Source: Thermodesulfobacteriota bacterium (GTDB lineage Bacteria; Desulfobacterota_D; UBA1144; Nemesobacterales; Nemesobacteraceae). Taken from it: a DNA stretch of 64,000 bases. Below the pieces are notes generated by a model. It did not search any database. It saw only the letters and a list, made by a program, of their open reading frames with translations, and was not told where the DNA came from. Positions 1-14,158 of the stretch are shown piece after piece; the first letter of the stretch is position 1; the number at the start of each line of letters is the position of its first letter. The position numbers and the translations under genes were made by a program. The stretch lies in contig OZ245933.1 of the NCBI GenBank assembly GCA_965229995.1, positions 1,040,792 to 1,104,791 on the forward strand, in the 5' to 3' direction.

Positions 1-81
1 AAGATTCCAGGATACGGGGGAATGAGCTACGACAGACTAGGTACCGTCGGAAAACTTCTGGAACACGGCATGGGTAAATGA
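1..81 (+). CDS. 3' end of upstream CDS (partial); its TGA stop overlaps the nuoH ATG (ATGA), so probably the preceding respiratory complex I gene
   Basis: Open frame from the window edge ending KLLEHGMGK*. The ATGA overlap with the nuoH start suggests translational coupling. No identifiable motif in the 26 aa visible. Confidence 0.3.
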   Translation, partial: KIPGYGGMSYDRLGTVGKLLEHGMGK

Positions 82-1127
82 CGCCGTTTCTGATAACAAT
101 AGCAGTTGTAAAGATAGCACTTGTTTTTTTCGTCGTTCTGACCGCAGTCGCTTATCTTACCTACGCGGAAAGAAGGCTAAGCGCCTTCATACAGGACCGT
201 TACGGACCGAACAGAGTCGGACCCTTGGGACTTCTCCAGCCACTTGCCGACGGCATCAAATTCATTTTCAAAGAAGACATAATTCCGAAGAATGCGAACA
301 AGACCATGTATATCATGGCCCCGGCGTTTGCGCTTGTTACGGCCCTTGCCGCCCTCGCGGTAATTCCCATAGGAACGGGTTTTCACACCGACCTGTTCGG
401 ATTTCTCCAGGATCCGGTATTCGTAAGGTTCCAGATAGCTGACTTAAACATCGGCCTTTTATACGTGCTGGGGATAAGTTCGCTCAGCGTATACGGAGTG
501 GTGCTTGCCGGGTGGGGTTCTAACAGCAAATACTCCCTTCTAGGAGGTCTTCGGGCGGCGGCGCAGATGATAAGCTACGAACTCCCACTTGGCCTGTCCA
601 TACTGGGGGTAATAGCCATAACGGGTTCGCTTCGTCTCGGGGACATAATCGAAGCGCAGGAAAAGATGTGGTTTATGATTCCTTCATTTATAGGTTTTGT
701 GGTTTTCGTCGTTTCTGCGTTTGCCGAGACCAAGCGGCTTCCTTTCGATATGCCGGAAGCAGAACCCGAGATAGTCGCCGGCTATCACACCGAATACAGC
801 AGCATGAAATTTGCAATGTTCTTCATGGCTGAATATACTCACATGATAGTTGCCTCGTGCATGATAACTTCTTTGTTTCTGGGTGGTTGGTATCCCTTAC
901 CGTTCGGTGGGTGGTTCGGCATTGATATCAATACACATTGGTATCTGCCGCCGACTGTGTTTATCGGCAAAGTCCTTTTCTTACTCTTTCTGTTCATCTG
1001 GGTAAGATGGACTTTGCCAAGGTTCAGATATGATCAGGTCATGGGCCTTGGCTGGAAGAAACTTTTCCCCCTAGCAGTAGCAAACCTTCTTATTGTAAGT
1101 TTTCTTATAGTTCTCGGAATCCTTTAG
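78..1127 (+). CDS. nuoH: NADH-quinone oxidoreductase subunit H
   Basis: 349 aa polytopic membrane protein. N-terminal LTYAERRLSAFIQDRYGPNRVGPLGLLQPLADGIKF and downstream conserved blocks are characteristic of NuoH/ND1. Confidence 0.9.
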   Translation: MTPFLITIAVVKIALVFFVVLTAVAYLTYAERRLSAFIQDRYGPNRVGPLGLLQPLADGIKFIFKEDIIPKNANKTMYIMAPAFALVTALAALAVIPIGTGFHTDLFGFLQDPVFVRFQIADLNIGLLYVLGISSLSVYGVVLAGWGSNSKYSLLGGLRAAAQMISYELPLGLSILGVIAITGSLRLGDIIEAQEKMWFMIPSFIGFVVFVVSAFAETKRLPFDMPEAEPEIVAGYHTEYSSMKFAMFFMAEYTHMIVASCMITSLFLGGWYPLPFGGWFGIDINTHWYLPPTVFIGKVLFLLFLFIWVRWTLPRFRYDQVMGLGWKKLFPLAVANLLIVSFLIVLGIL

Positions 1128-1142
1128 TATATAATTGCGTTT

Positions 1143-2075
1143 ATGAGGGATTCACACTCCGACCTTGACAGCAGCATGCGGATGGCGGCATTTGAACAGG
1201 TCAAAAAACTGAGTGTGATCTACACTCATCTGCCTGCGGAGGAAATCAGGAAAGGTTTCAGCTTTGAAGGCCGGCGTATACCGCTTGTAAACCCACAGCG
1301 CGGTATATTCAAGCCAAAAAAAATGAAATTCCTCCTCTCAATAAAGACTGTGTTTCCAAAGCCTGGAGGCAAAGTCTGGTACGAAGACCAGATAGATATT
1401 CACAGAAAGATTTTTGAGAGCCTAGAATCAATAGATTACGCATTCATGGGTACTAACCCCGATGCCGCGGATAATAAATGGCTTCGTGAGGCGTATGAAA
1501 ACAAGACTCCCGTGATTTACTTTCTTGGGATCGCTCCTGGTCAGTATCAGGTAATAGCACCCGTTTTTATCGGGGATTGGGACGGGAACTCACTGAGAGC
1601 CAAAGTACTTTTTGGTAGACCAGACCGAAATGAAATAGTTCTTCCTGAGACCCTAGAGGAAAGATGTTATGCTTTTCACATGGTGAAACAACGGGTTCAC
1701 CAAGGACAGTTCCGCGAATCGATTCTCGCTGCCTATAAAGGACGCTGTGCCTTGTCCGGCATTCCCGAGAGACGCCTGCTTGATGCCGCCCACATAATCC
1801 CCGATGCGAACCCGGAACTTGGCCAGCCAGTAATCTCAAATGGCCTACTGCTCTCCAAGATCCATCACGCAGCGTTCGACAGCCACCTTATAGGAATTGA
1901 CCCTGACTATGGACTTCACGTCTCAAAGCGCCTGCTTGATCAGAATGACGGTCCGACGCTTGAAGCACTCAAGCAGCTTAGAGGTAAAAAACTCCGGCTT
2001 CCGAAACGAGATCAGGATTATCCTGACAGAGAACGCCTAGCAATGCGGTATGAAGAGTTCAAGGCTATGGGATGA
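1143..2075 (+). CDS. HNH-family endonuclease with an uncharacterised ~200 aa N-terminal domain; architecture resembles modification-dependent (Type IV-like) restriction endonucleases
   Basis: C-terminal HNH motif: CALSG..RLLDAAHIIP...NGLLLSKIHHAAFD (Cys, His, Asn, HH..FD spacing of HNH_2-type nucleases). The N-terminal 200 aa has no motif I can name. Starts 15 bp after the nuoH stop. Confidence 0.5.
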   Translation: MRDSHSDLDSSMRMAAFEQVKKLSVIYTHLPAEEIRKGFSFEGRRIPLVNPQRGIFKPKKMKFLLSIKTVFPKPGGKVWYEDQIDIHRKIFESLESIDYAFMGTNPDAADNKWLREAYENKTPVIYFLGIAPGQYQVIAPVFIGDWDGNSLRAKVLFGRPDRNEIVLPETLEERCYAFHMVKQRVHQGQFRESILAAYKGRCALSGIPERRLLDAAHIIPDANPELGQPVISNGLLLSKIHHAAFDSHLIGIDPDYGLHVSKRLLDQNDGPTLEALKQLRGKKLRLPKRDQDYPDRERLAMRYEEFKAMG

Positions 2076-2134
2076 GTCTTCATTTCTTGGGGAATTTTAT
2101 AAAGCTATCACGCCAAGCAGTATGGCTCGAGTTG

Positions 2135-4651
<2,517 letters not shown>

Positions 4652-4781
4652 TTATTATAATACCTGAAGAAAAGAAAAAAGTCCGTAATATCGGGCAGTT
4701 TGCGTAAAAATCAGAATTTCCTGAGAGATAATCTGGCCAAGTGGCCTCCCGCAGACGATATTGCTTCCCGGAACCTTACGC

Positions 4782-5339
4782 CTAGGAAATCTTCGGATGC
4801 GTGATGCCGGTCTGTTTCTGGTATTTTCCCTTCTTGTCCGCGTATGAAATATCGCATTCCTCATCCCCTTCGAAAAAGAGCACCTGGGCGATTCCCTCGT
4901 TTGAATATATCTTCGCGGGAATAGGGGTTGTGTTTGAGATCTCAAGCGTCACGTATCCCTCCCACTCGGGTTCAAAGGGGGTTACGTTCACGATTATTCC
5001 GCACCTTGCGTAAGTGGATTTACCGACGCACACGGTAAGGGTGCTTCTGGGTATCCTGAAATACTCAACGGTCTTTGCGAGCGCAAAGGAGTTCGGCGGG
5101 ATTATGCAGTAATCATCCCTTATCTCCACAAAGGACTTGGTGTCGAAATTTTTCGGGTCCACAACGGTGCTGTGCAGGTTGGTAAAAACCTTGAACTCAT
5201 CGCTTACCCTTATATCGTAGCCGTAAGAGGAAAGGCCGTATGATATCACACCCTTGGTTACCTGCCCCTCGACGAAAGGGTCTATCATCTTGTGCTCAAG
5301 CGCCATTTTTCTTATCCAGTGATCAGGTTTAATTCCCAT
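4782..5339 (-). CDS. dcd: dCTP deaminase
   Basis: 185 aa. IDPF..QV.....[10 protein letters not shown] and the overall pattern are typical of Dcd (dUTPase fold). Confidence 0.85.
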   Translation of the reverse strand: MGIKPDHWIRKMALEHKMIDPFVEGQVTKGVISYGLSSYGYDIRVSDEFKVFTNLHSTVVDPKNFDTKSFVEIRDDYCIIPPNSFALAKTVEYFRIPRSTLTVCVGKSTYARCGIIVNVTPFEPEWEGYVTLEISNTTPIPAKIYSNEGIAQVLFFEGDEECDISYADKKGKYQKQTGITHPKIS

Positions 5340-5513
5340 CGGTGTTCTCCTTTCTGTTTTCTCGAATCTTGTTTAATATCTAATTCGTATTATCCTCATA
5401 CAGAAGATATTTTTAAGACTTGGAAATGTTGTCTAATTTGGTGGTTTTTATATAGTAAAATGAAGCGGACCATAAAGAAACGGTACCCCGTCCGACAGCG
5501 GCCCCTCAAAAAA

Positions 5514-6536
5514 TTATACGAACTGCCTCAAAAACCTTATGTCGTTCTCAAAGAAAAGCCTTATGTCGTTTATCCCGTACTTGAGCATGGCGATTCTCTC
5601 AACCCCCATACCGAAGGCAAAACCCGAATAGATATCCGTATTGTAGTTAACGCTTGAGAAAACCGCGGGATCGACCATTCCGCATCCCATTATTTCAAGC
5701 CAGCCGGTATTCTTGCATACCCTGCATCCGTTGCCGGAACATATCTGACATTCTATGTCCACTTCGGCGCTGGGTTCGGTGAACGGAAAAAAGCTCGGGC
5801 GGAACCTGACGTTCGTACCCTCCCCGAAAGTCAGTTTGACGAACTGGATGATGACGGACTTTAGGTTTCCGAAAGTTATGCCTTTGTCCACCAGAAGACC
5901 CTCTATCTGGTGGAACATCGGAGTGTGGGAAACATCGCTGTCGCATCGGTAAACCTTTCCCGGAGCTATTATCTTCACCGGAGGCCGCTGGGTCTGCATA
6001 ATCCGTATCTGCACGGGGGAAGTGTGGGTTCTCAACACCATGTCGTCGGTTATGTAAAAAGTGTCCTGCATGTCTCTTGCAGGGTGGTTTTTCGGTATGT
6101 TAAGCGCCTCGAAATTGTAGTAATCAAGCTCAACCTCGGGACCCTCGACGACTTCGAATCCCATCCTCTCGAAGTCATAGACGATACACTCCATCATCTG
6201 AGTTATGGGATGCTTGGCCCCTACCGGCATTCCACGGCCGGGAAGAGTGAAGTCGGTTGCTTCCTCAAGAAGCTTTTCGTTCATGATTTTGCGCTTTATC
6301 TCGTCGGATTTCTTCTCGATCAGCGCCTCGATTTCCTTCTTGGTTCCGTTTATGAGAATGCCCGCCTGGCGGCGCTCCTCTACGGGAAGGTCTTTCATGG
6401 ATTTTAGAAGCTGCGTAAGAGATCCTTTTTTCCCGACGTAGCTTGCCTTTACCTTGACAAGATCAACCTCCGTCGAGACGGCGTCAAGGTCAGAATCTAT
6501 ACGGCTTCTGATTTGCCGAAGCGTTTCTTCCATCAT
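5514..6536 (-). CDS. pheS: phenylalanine--tRNA ligase alpha subunit
   Basis: 340 aa. Class II aaRS motifs (FRPSFFPFTEPSAEVD, GMGVERIAMLKYGI..DIRLFF). No pheT follows; the downstream gene is dcd. Confidence 0.9.
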   Translation of the reverse strand: MMEETLRQIRSRIDSDLDAVSTEVDLVKVKASYVGKKGSLTQLLKSMKDLPVEERRQAGILINGTKKEIEALIEKKSDEIKRKIMNEKLLEEATDFTLPGRGMPVGAKHPITQMMECIVYDFERMGFEVVEGPEVELDYYNFEALNIPKNHPARDMQDTFYITDDMVLRTHTSPVQIRIMQTQRPPVKIIAPGKVYRCDSDVSHTPMFHQIEGLLVDKGITFGNLKSVIIQFVKLTFGEGTNVRFRPSFFPFTEPSAEVDIECQICSGNGCRVCKNTGWLEIMGCGMVDPAVFSSVNYNTDIYSGFAFGMGVERIAMLKYGINDIRLFFENDIRFLRQFV

Positions 6537-6647
6537 ATGCCCGGATTGTGCGTTTCTAGAAGCAAAACGGGAAAATATTTAACCGTTATGAGACCGATTA
6601 TCAAAGCGCGGAGCTTACTTGCGATCGAGCATCCGCCAAAGCAGCCC

Positions 6648-7559
6648 TTATCCGATTGCCTTTCTTTTTCTCCAGTAAACCACGAAGGCACTTGCCACGA
6701 AAACTGAAGAATAGGTTCCCACGACGACCCCTATCATAAGGGTGAACGCGAAATCATGTATTACCGAACCGCCAAGGAGAAACAGCGGGATAAGCACTGC
6801 GAACACCGTTATCGAGGTGAGCAACGTACGCGAGAGCGTCTGGCTGATTCCTTCATTAACAAGCTCTCTGAAGCCCTTTTCAGGAAAATTGCCCATATTT
6901 TCCCTTATCCTGTCAAATATGACGATGGTGTCGTTAACCGAATAACCTATCACGGTCAGAAGCGCGGCAACGATCGCAAGAGTGAATTCCTTGTCCGCAA
7001 GCGATATGGCCCCCACGGTTATAAGGGTGTCGTGAAGAAGCGCGATAACCGCTCCCACGGCAAAACCGAATTCAAACCTTACGACCAGATAAGCCAGTAT
7101 GCCGACGCACGCAAGCAGTATGGAGAGAGTGGCCCTGGTTATGAGTTCCTTCCCTACCCTGGGACCTATGTAGTCTATTCTCTGAATGGAGGCTCCCTTG
7201 AAGTCTTCTGACTCCGCGAAAAGGTCTTCAAGGCTTTTCTGAAAATCCTCTATCTGGTCAAAAGTCGCAAGTTCCGGAGCAAACTGTATCAGGTGCTCGT
7301 TATCGCTCGGAAGACCGAAGCGCTGAACCGATTCTGAGGGAAAGCCGCTATTTTCAAGCCCCCCTTTTAGCGCGTTGGTTTCCAGGCTCTTCGCGAGCTT
7401 TATGTGTATTTCCGTTCCGCCCGTGAACTCAACTCCCCAGTTAAGTCCCTGGTGATACAGAAGAGACACGAGGGAGATAACCACAAGCGCGATGGAAATA
7501 CGCATCGCGCCCCCCATCTTCTCTACAAAATCATAATTCAGTTTTCCTATAAGTTGCAC
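6648..7559 (-). CDS. secF: protein translocase subunit SecF
   Basis: 303 aa SecD/SecF-family membrane protein immediately downstream of secD. Confidence 0.85.
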   Translation of the reverse strand: MQLIGKLNYDFVEKMGGAMRISIALVVISLVSLLYHQGLNWGVEFTGGTEIHIKLAKSLETNALKGGLENSGFPSESVQRFGLPSDNEHLIQFAPELATFDQIEDFQKSLEDLFAESEDFKGASIQRIDYIGPRVGKELITRATLSILLACVGILAYLVVRFEFGFAVGAVIALLHDTLITVGAISLADKEFTLAIVAALLTVIGYSVNDTIVIFDRIRENMGNFPEKGFRELVNEGISQTLSRTLLTSITVFAVLIPLFLLGGSVIHDFAFTLMIGVVVGTYSSVFVASAFVVYWRKRKAIG

Positions 7560-7569
7560 TCGCGCACCC

Positions 7570-9171
7570 TCAGATACTTACTTCGGTCAGTTTTTTGTCC
7601 CTGTAGAGCATGTTCGTAAAAACTCTCGCCACCACGAGATTGCTGAAAACGGTCGACACTATTCCGATTGAAAGCGTGGCCGCGAAACCCTTTATCGGGC
7701 CTGTGCCGAGCCAGAAAAGTATAAGCGCCGTGAGAAGCGTCGTCACGTTAGCGTCAAGGATGGTCCAGAGAGACCTGGCGTATCCCGTTTCAATCGAGTG
7801 CATGGCGGTTTTCCCCGCGACAAGTTCCTCTTTTATCCTCTCGAATATGATGATGTTTCCGTCAACCGCCATGCCGAGGGTAAGAACAAGCCCGGCTATA
7901 CCCGGAAGCGTAAGCGTCACCCCGAAAGCGGAGAGAAAACCCATTATGAAAAGTATGTTAAGCAGAAGGGCGGCGTTCGCTATGACGCCCTGGATCCTGT
8001 AGAAAAAGACCATGAACACCAAAACGAGTATCCCGCCAACGATCATGGAGAACCTCCCCTTTTCTATGGACTCCTGGCCGAGGGAAGGACCCACGGTTCT
8101 CTCCTGCTCCACCCTTACGGGAACGGGAAGAGAGCCGGATCTCAGTATAAGCGCGAGGTCTTTTGTCTCTTCAGGGGTGAAAGTCCCGGTTATGGTGCCC
8201 TGGTAGGTTATCTTGTCCTGGATAGTGGGAGCGGACTTTATAATGCCGTCAAGAACTATTGCCAGGCGCTTGCCGACGTTTTCCTCGGTCAGTTTCCCGA
8301 ACTTGTTCGCGCCTTCTCCCTTGAAGGTGAATCCGACCGCGGGATTTCCGTAATTATCAAACGTTATCCGCGCATCGGAGATATATTCCCCGGTCACGCT
8401 CGCAAGCCTCTCGGTGAGAAAGAACTTTTCGTTTTCGTTTCCGGTATCTCCAGCGTGGATTGACATCCCCTTCTCCGCAGCCTGCTTCTCGGTTTCCGCT
8501 TCGGTCGCCGCGAGGAGATTTTCCCGCGACGCCCCGACGGCTTTTACGATCTTGAACTCCAAAACGGCCGTCTTTTTGATCAGGTTTACTATTCTCTGTC
8601 TGTCTTTTTTGGAAGCGCCCGGCACCTGCACCAGAATCCTGTCGTCACCGGACTTCTGTATGCTTGGCTCAACGAGACCGAAATCCTTAACGCGGTTCTC
8701 TATTATGTGGCGGACCCGTTCTATTGAGTTTTGCTCAAGCTCGGCCACGTAAGAAGGTTTTATCGAGAGCCTGACCAGAAAGCCGTCAGAACCTATATTC
8801 GCCACCTGTTCAAAATCGTCGCGCGCAATCTCAAGCGCCCTGTCGATATCCGCGCCGGGGAAAAGACCTACCGTGAGGGTTCCGTCAGAAACGGACGAGC
8901 TTTTCACCAGAATCCTGTTTTCCGCGAACTTCGAGACAAGGGCTTCCTCCACGATAAGCATTTCCTGGTTAACGCCCTTTTCCGTCTCAACTCCCAGAAG
9001 AAGGAATATTCCGCCCTCAAGATCAAGCCCGAGACTCATCCCCTTGCTTGAGAACGCCTTTCCCCACCACGAGGGAAGATTGTCACCCATAAAGGTCGGC
9101 GTAAGAAGTATTACGGAGAGGAAAGAACAAAGAGCGATAACGATAATCCACAGACGGGACACGCCTTTCAT
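7570..9171 (-). CDS. secD: protein translocase subunit SecD
   Basis: 533 aa with a large periplasmic domain and C-terminal SecD/F transmembrane bundle. Conserved yajC-secD-secF order. Confidence 0.85.
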   Translation of the reverse strand: MKGVSRLWIIVIALCSFLSVILLTPTFMGDNLPSWWGKAFSSKGMSLGLDLEGGIFLLLGVETEKGVNQEMLIVEEALVSKFAENRILVKSSSVSDGTLTVGLFPGADIDRALEIARDDFEQVANIGSDGFLVRLSIKPSYVAELEQNSIERVRHIIENRVKDFGLVEPSIQKSGDDRILVQVPGASKKDRQRIVNLIKKTAVLEFKIVKAVGASRENLLAATEAETEKQAAEKGMSIHAGDTGNENEKFFLTERLASVTGEYISDARITFDNYGNPAVGFTFKGEGANKFGKLTEENVGKRLAIVLDGIIKSAPTIQDKITYQGTITGTFTPEETKDLALILRSGSLPVPVRVEQERTVGPSLGQESIEKGRFSMIVGGILVLVFMVFFYRIQGVIANAALLLNILFIMGFLSAFGVTLTLPGIAGLVLTLGMAVDGNIIIFERIKEELVAGKTAMHSIETGYARSLWTILDANVTTLLTALILFWLGTGPIKGFAATLSIGIVSTVFSNLVVARVFTNMLYRDKKLTEVSI

Positions 9172-9174
9172 TAA

Positions 9175-9546
9175 TCAGCTGCCCCCTTTGGATTTGCCGT
9201 CAGCTGTCGCAGAATCAGTCCGCTCCGCGATCCCGGAGCGGGCCATTCTTATGTTAATGCCTTTCACTATTTCAACCGTGAGATCATTACCATCAACGCT
9301 TATCACCCTCCCGTATATGCCTCCGGTGGTAATAATGCTGTCGCCTCTTTTTACCTCGGTGAGCATCCGCTTTCGCTCACGGCTCTGCTTCTGCTGGGGT
9401 CTTATGATAAGAAAGTAAAAAAGGCCGAATATGGCAACGAACGGAAGTATGGCTGAAACCGTCGTTCCTCCTCCCTGGCCGACCCCGGGAGGCATGCACG
9501 ATGAAACAAAAAGGGCCGCAGTGGATATAAAAGCAAGTTTTTTCAA
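9175..9546 (-). CDS. yajC: preprotein translocase subunit YajC
   Basis: 123 aa, single TM helix plus the conserved GG(I/V)YG(R/K)V block (ITTGGIYGRVISVDGN). Sits between tgt and secD. Confidence 0.8.
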   Translation of the reverse strand: MKKLAFISTAALFVSSCMPPGVGQGGGTTVSAILPFVAIFGLFYFLIIRPQQKQSRERKRMLTEVKRGDSIITTGGIYGRVISVDGNDLTVEIVKGINIRMARSGIAERTDSATADGKSKGGS

Positions 9547-9549
9547 TTT

Positions 9550-11477
<1,928 letters not shown>

Positions 11478-11478
11478 C

Positions 11479-11958
11479 CTAACCTCCTCCGTCTCCGCTT
11501 TCACCCTCAGGTCCGTAACTGCAGTTCTCAATACATTCGTCCTTCACTATTTTCCACTCTTTTTTGGGTATGGAAAGATCATAGCGGTTTCTGTATTTGG
11601 CCCTCAGACGCTCGCTTTCGCCCGGATTGCTGTAGTCAACCTCCACGTCCGCAACCACTATGGCGGTATCCCTAAAGAGCTGGGTTGCCAAGACCTTGTA
11701 GTCAACTATCCTGAGGTCGTAGCTCTCGTAAAGAAACTCAATCCTGCTTATGTAACCTTCGCGGTCTGAACTGAATATATAGATTTTGTCGTAAGCGGAT
11801 TCAAAGTCCTTTTCCTTAAGCGCCTCAAGAAAAGAGTTGACAACACTGGTAGCGGAAACCTTCGGGTGCGGCCTCCTTTCTCCCGAACCTCGCACCGGAA
11901 CAGCGCAGGAAAGAAAAAGAAGCAGCAACGGCAGAACGAAAAGGTAAGCTTTTCTCAT
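11479..11958 (-). CDS. hypothetical lipoprotein
   Basis: 159 aa. Signal peptide with lipobox (LLLLFLSC). No recognisable domain. The 3' end abuts the dapB ribosome-binding site. Confidence 0.5.
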   Translation of the reverse strand: MRKAYLFVLPLLLLFLSCAVPVRGSGERRPHPKVSATSVVNSFLEALKEKDFESAYDKIYIFSSDREGYISRIEFLYESYDLRIVDYKVLATQLFRDTAIVVADVEVDYSNPGESERLRAKYRNRYDLSIPKKEWKIVKDECIENCSYGPEGESGDGGG

Positions 11959-12150
11959 GGATAACGTAGCGGAAACTAGTCCTCTGAATAACCTAAGAAG
12001 GTAAATGAGAAAAGTAGTACAAGCAAGTTAGGAGAATATACAAGAGTTTTCTTTCTCCGCCCGGCGGTGGTTATGAATTAAAATCCGTTGCGGGTATTCT
12101 GCTTTGGAAAAAAAAGAAACCCGTATACAGAATAAGGACAGAAACACATT

Positions 12151-13023
12151 ATGAAAAGCATGACTGGTTTCGCGGAATCATCCGTAAATACCGAGGTCGG
12201 AAAGATCGTGGTGGATATACGGTCGGAGAACCACAGGTTTCTTGACGTCAAGGCCAGCGTTCCCGAATCGTTTTTCCAGATGGAAACCGCCATTGAAGAC
12301 AAACTGAAGAACTCAATTCAGAGGGGGAAACTCAGGCTGAAGCTTTCCGTGCAGGCAACCCGAAGGGAAAGACAGCGTTTATCCGAAGAAGTGCTTCGGG
12401 AGAATCACAGCTCCCTTAAAAGGATCAATTCCGCGCTGGGGCTTAAAACGGAGATAGGAATCGAGCACCTGCTCATGATGGAGAACTCCTTTGAAAGCCA
12501 TGTCGGACCCGAGATCTCAAGGGAGACGGAAGCCAGGATAAAGGAAGCGGTCATAAAAGCCCTCCTAAAGTTCGACAGGAGCCGGGAAACCGAGGGACGG
12601 AAACTTGAAAAAGCGATACTCGGGCGTCTGGAAATCATAAAAAAAACGGTTGACAGAGTAAAGAAAAGACGAAAGGAATTCGTAAAGAAATCCGAGAAGA
12701 AAACAAAGGAGAAGATTGAGAAAATCTTTTCCTCAAGGCACAAAAACGACCCTCTTATCTCTCAGGAAGCTGCGGCCATAATGACGGAAAAAAGTGAGAT
12801 TGATGAAGAAATCGTAAGGCTTGAGGCTCATATCTCCAAGTTCAGGAAAACCGCCAGGAAAAAGGGGCCCGTGGGGAAAGAGCTTGATTTTCTGGTTCAA
12901 GAAATGAACAGGGAAGCCGGAACCGTATCAGCGAAATGCAAGGACGCGGGAATTTCGCATCTTACCATAAATATACGTCTTGAACTTGAGAAAATACGGG
13001 AGCAGATTCAGAATATAGAGTAA
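12151..13023 (+). CDS. yicC: YicC-family stress-induced protein
   Basis: 290 aa. N-terminal MKSMTGFA....IRSENHRFLD and a C-terminal coiled-coil region are typical of YicC (DUF1732). Confidence 0.8.
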   Translation: MKSMTGFAESSVNTEVGKIVVDIRSENHRFLDVKASVPESFFQMETAIEDKLKNSIQRGKLRLKLSVQATRRERQRLSEEVLRENHSSLKRINSALGLKTEIGIEHLLMMENSFESHVGPEISRETEARIKEAVIKALLKFDRSRETEGRKLEKAILGRLEIIKKTVDRVKKRRKEFVKKSEKKTKEKIEKIFSSRHKNDPLISQEAAAIMTEKSEIDEEIVRLEAHISKFRKTARKKGPVGKELDFLVQEMNREAGTVSAKCKDAGISHLTINIRLELEKIREQIQNIE

Positions 13024-13283
13024 GCCTTACGAATACTTACGTTCCGCTCACTATAAAATCCGCACTGATCTTCGGAAATTATATAGGAGAGTTGACAGAA
13101 TTGCTTAATCTCCAACCCGGCAATTTCAGACCTACCCTTCCTGTGCGGCTTTGGCGGTCTTCCGCGCTCACGATCCTTCATGCCAGATAGTATGCCAGCT
13201 ACTCTCCGTCCAGCTCGTACCATTTATTTTCTCCGCTCAAGGCGATAATGCTAGCCAACGACAGTTAGAAATCGGCTTGTTTC

Positions 13284-13916
13284 TTACTTCTCATAAACAC
13301 TAACTACCGGGCGAATTTTGGTTTTCCGGAGTGCTTGACGCGCAAGCTTCGTTCTCAGATAAGCGACGGAAACATCTCCTTTTCTTTTTATCGTCTCTCG
13401 GCGGGCATTATTCTCGATCCCGGCACATTCTTTGCACCGACTTGAAAGACCGACCGACCTGCAACGGTCGGTATAGAACTCTGACACGGGAAGTTTTCGC
13501 CAACACCAGGAACAAACGTGATGACCGCTAGCCTTACGAGGATATTTGCGTCTCTCTCTGCGGTTTCTTTTTTTCGACCACCTGTTGTTACTTAGCAACG
13601 GCGCTTCAGGATTCACGTTGATTTGCTTCCCCTTAACATATCTGTTTATTGGTTTTTCAAGCCGCATAATCCATTTTTTCTCTTCTCGATCGGCGACCTC
13701 TTGCTTGTGGTGACGCGAGAGAACTTCTATAGTCGGCCTCATTATCAAAAGCTTGCGGTGCAAAATCGAATTGCATGGATTCAACCGCCGATGTTGTGCG
13801 AGTCGGTAGGAAATCGATTGTCTTGTTTGCCCAACATAAGCCGACCCGTCAGGAAAGCTAATTTTATATATTTGTATCGTTCTGCCTGCTCTAGGCGGTG
13901 GCTTGCCCATGAGCAT
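13284..13916 (-). CDS. GIY-YIG nuclease domain protein with C-terminal Cys-rich zinc-finger-like region (free-standing, homing-endonuclease-like)
   Basis: N-terminal IYKISFPDGSAYVGQTRQSISYRLAQHRR gives the GIY..YIG and R..H motifs, followed by a conserved Glu/Asn block (EEKKWIMRLEKPINRY). A basic linker leads to CSWCW...C...CKEC near the C-terminus. Confidence 0.6.
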   Translation of the reverse strand: MLMGKPPPRAGRTIQIYKISFPDGSAYVGQTRQSISYRLAQHRRLNPCNSILHRKLLIMRPTIEVLSRHHKQEVADREEKKWIMRLEKPINRYVKGKQINVNPEAPLLSNNRWSKKRNRRERRKYPRKASGHHVCSWCWRKLPVSEFYTDRCRSVGLSSRCKECAGIENNARRETIKRKGDVSVAYLRTKLARQALRKTKIRPVVSVYEK

Positions 13917-14158
13917 GCATTATAACAATTAATGAGTGATTTCAATATGATACGAAACGGTAAGATCTAGAAGGACCGGTAAGCACTTCACAGAAGATCG
14001 CTGAGGTGTTCCTGCCCCGAAAAACACTCCATGGCCGTAAAATATTCTTTTGCCATATTCGTAAACCCGGAGCAGAAGATTTTGAAAAAACGGACTAGGC
14101 ATGTTATAGTACGGCCTCATTTGAGAAACAATGAAACTCTCCAGGGAGAACCGGAAAA

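Noticed and set aside
13024-14158. Considered whether the GIY-YIG gene marks a group I intron interrupting sucC, since sucC normally precedes sucD.
   Set aside because: The yicC-sucD spacer is only about 1.1 kb and is almost filled by the nuclease ORF. There is no sucC exon-like coding on the plus strand and no room for one. sucC is simply not here.
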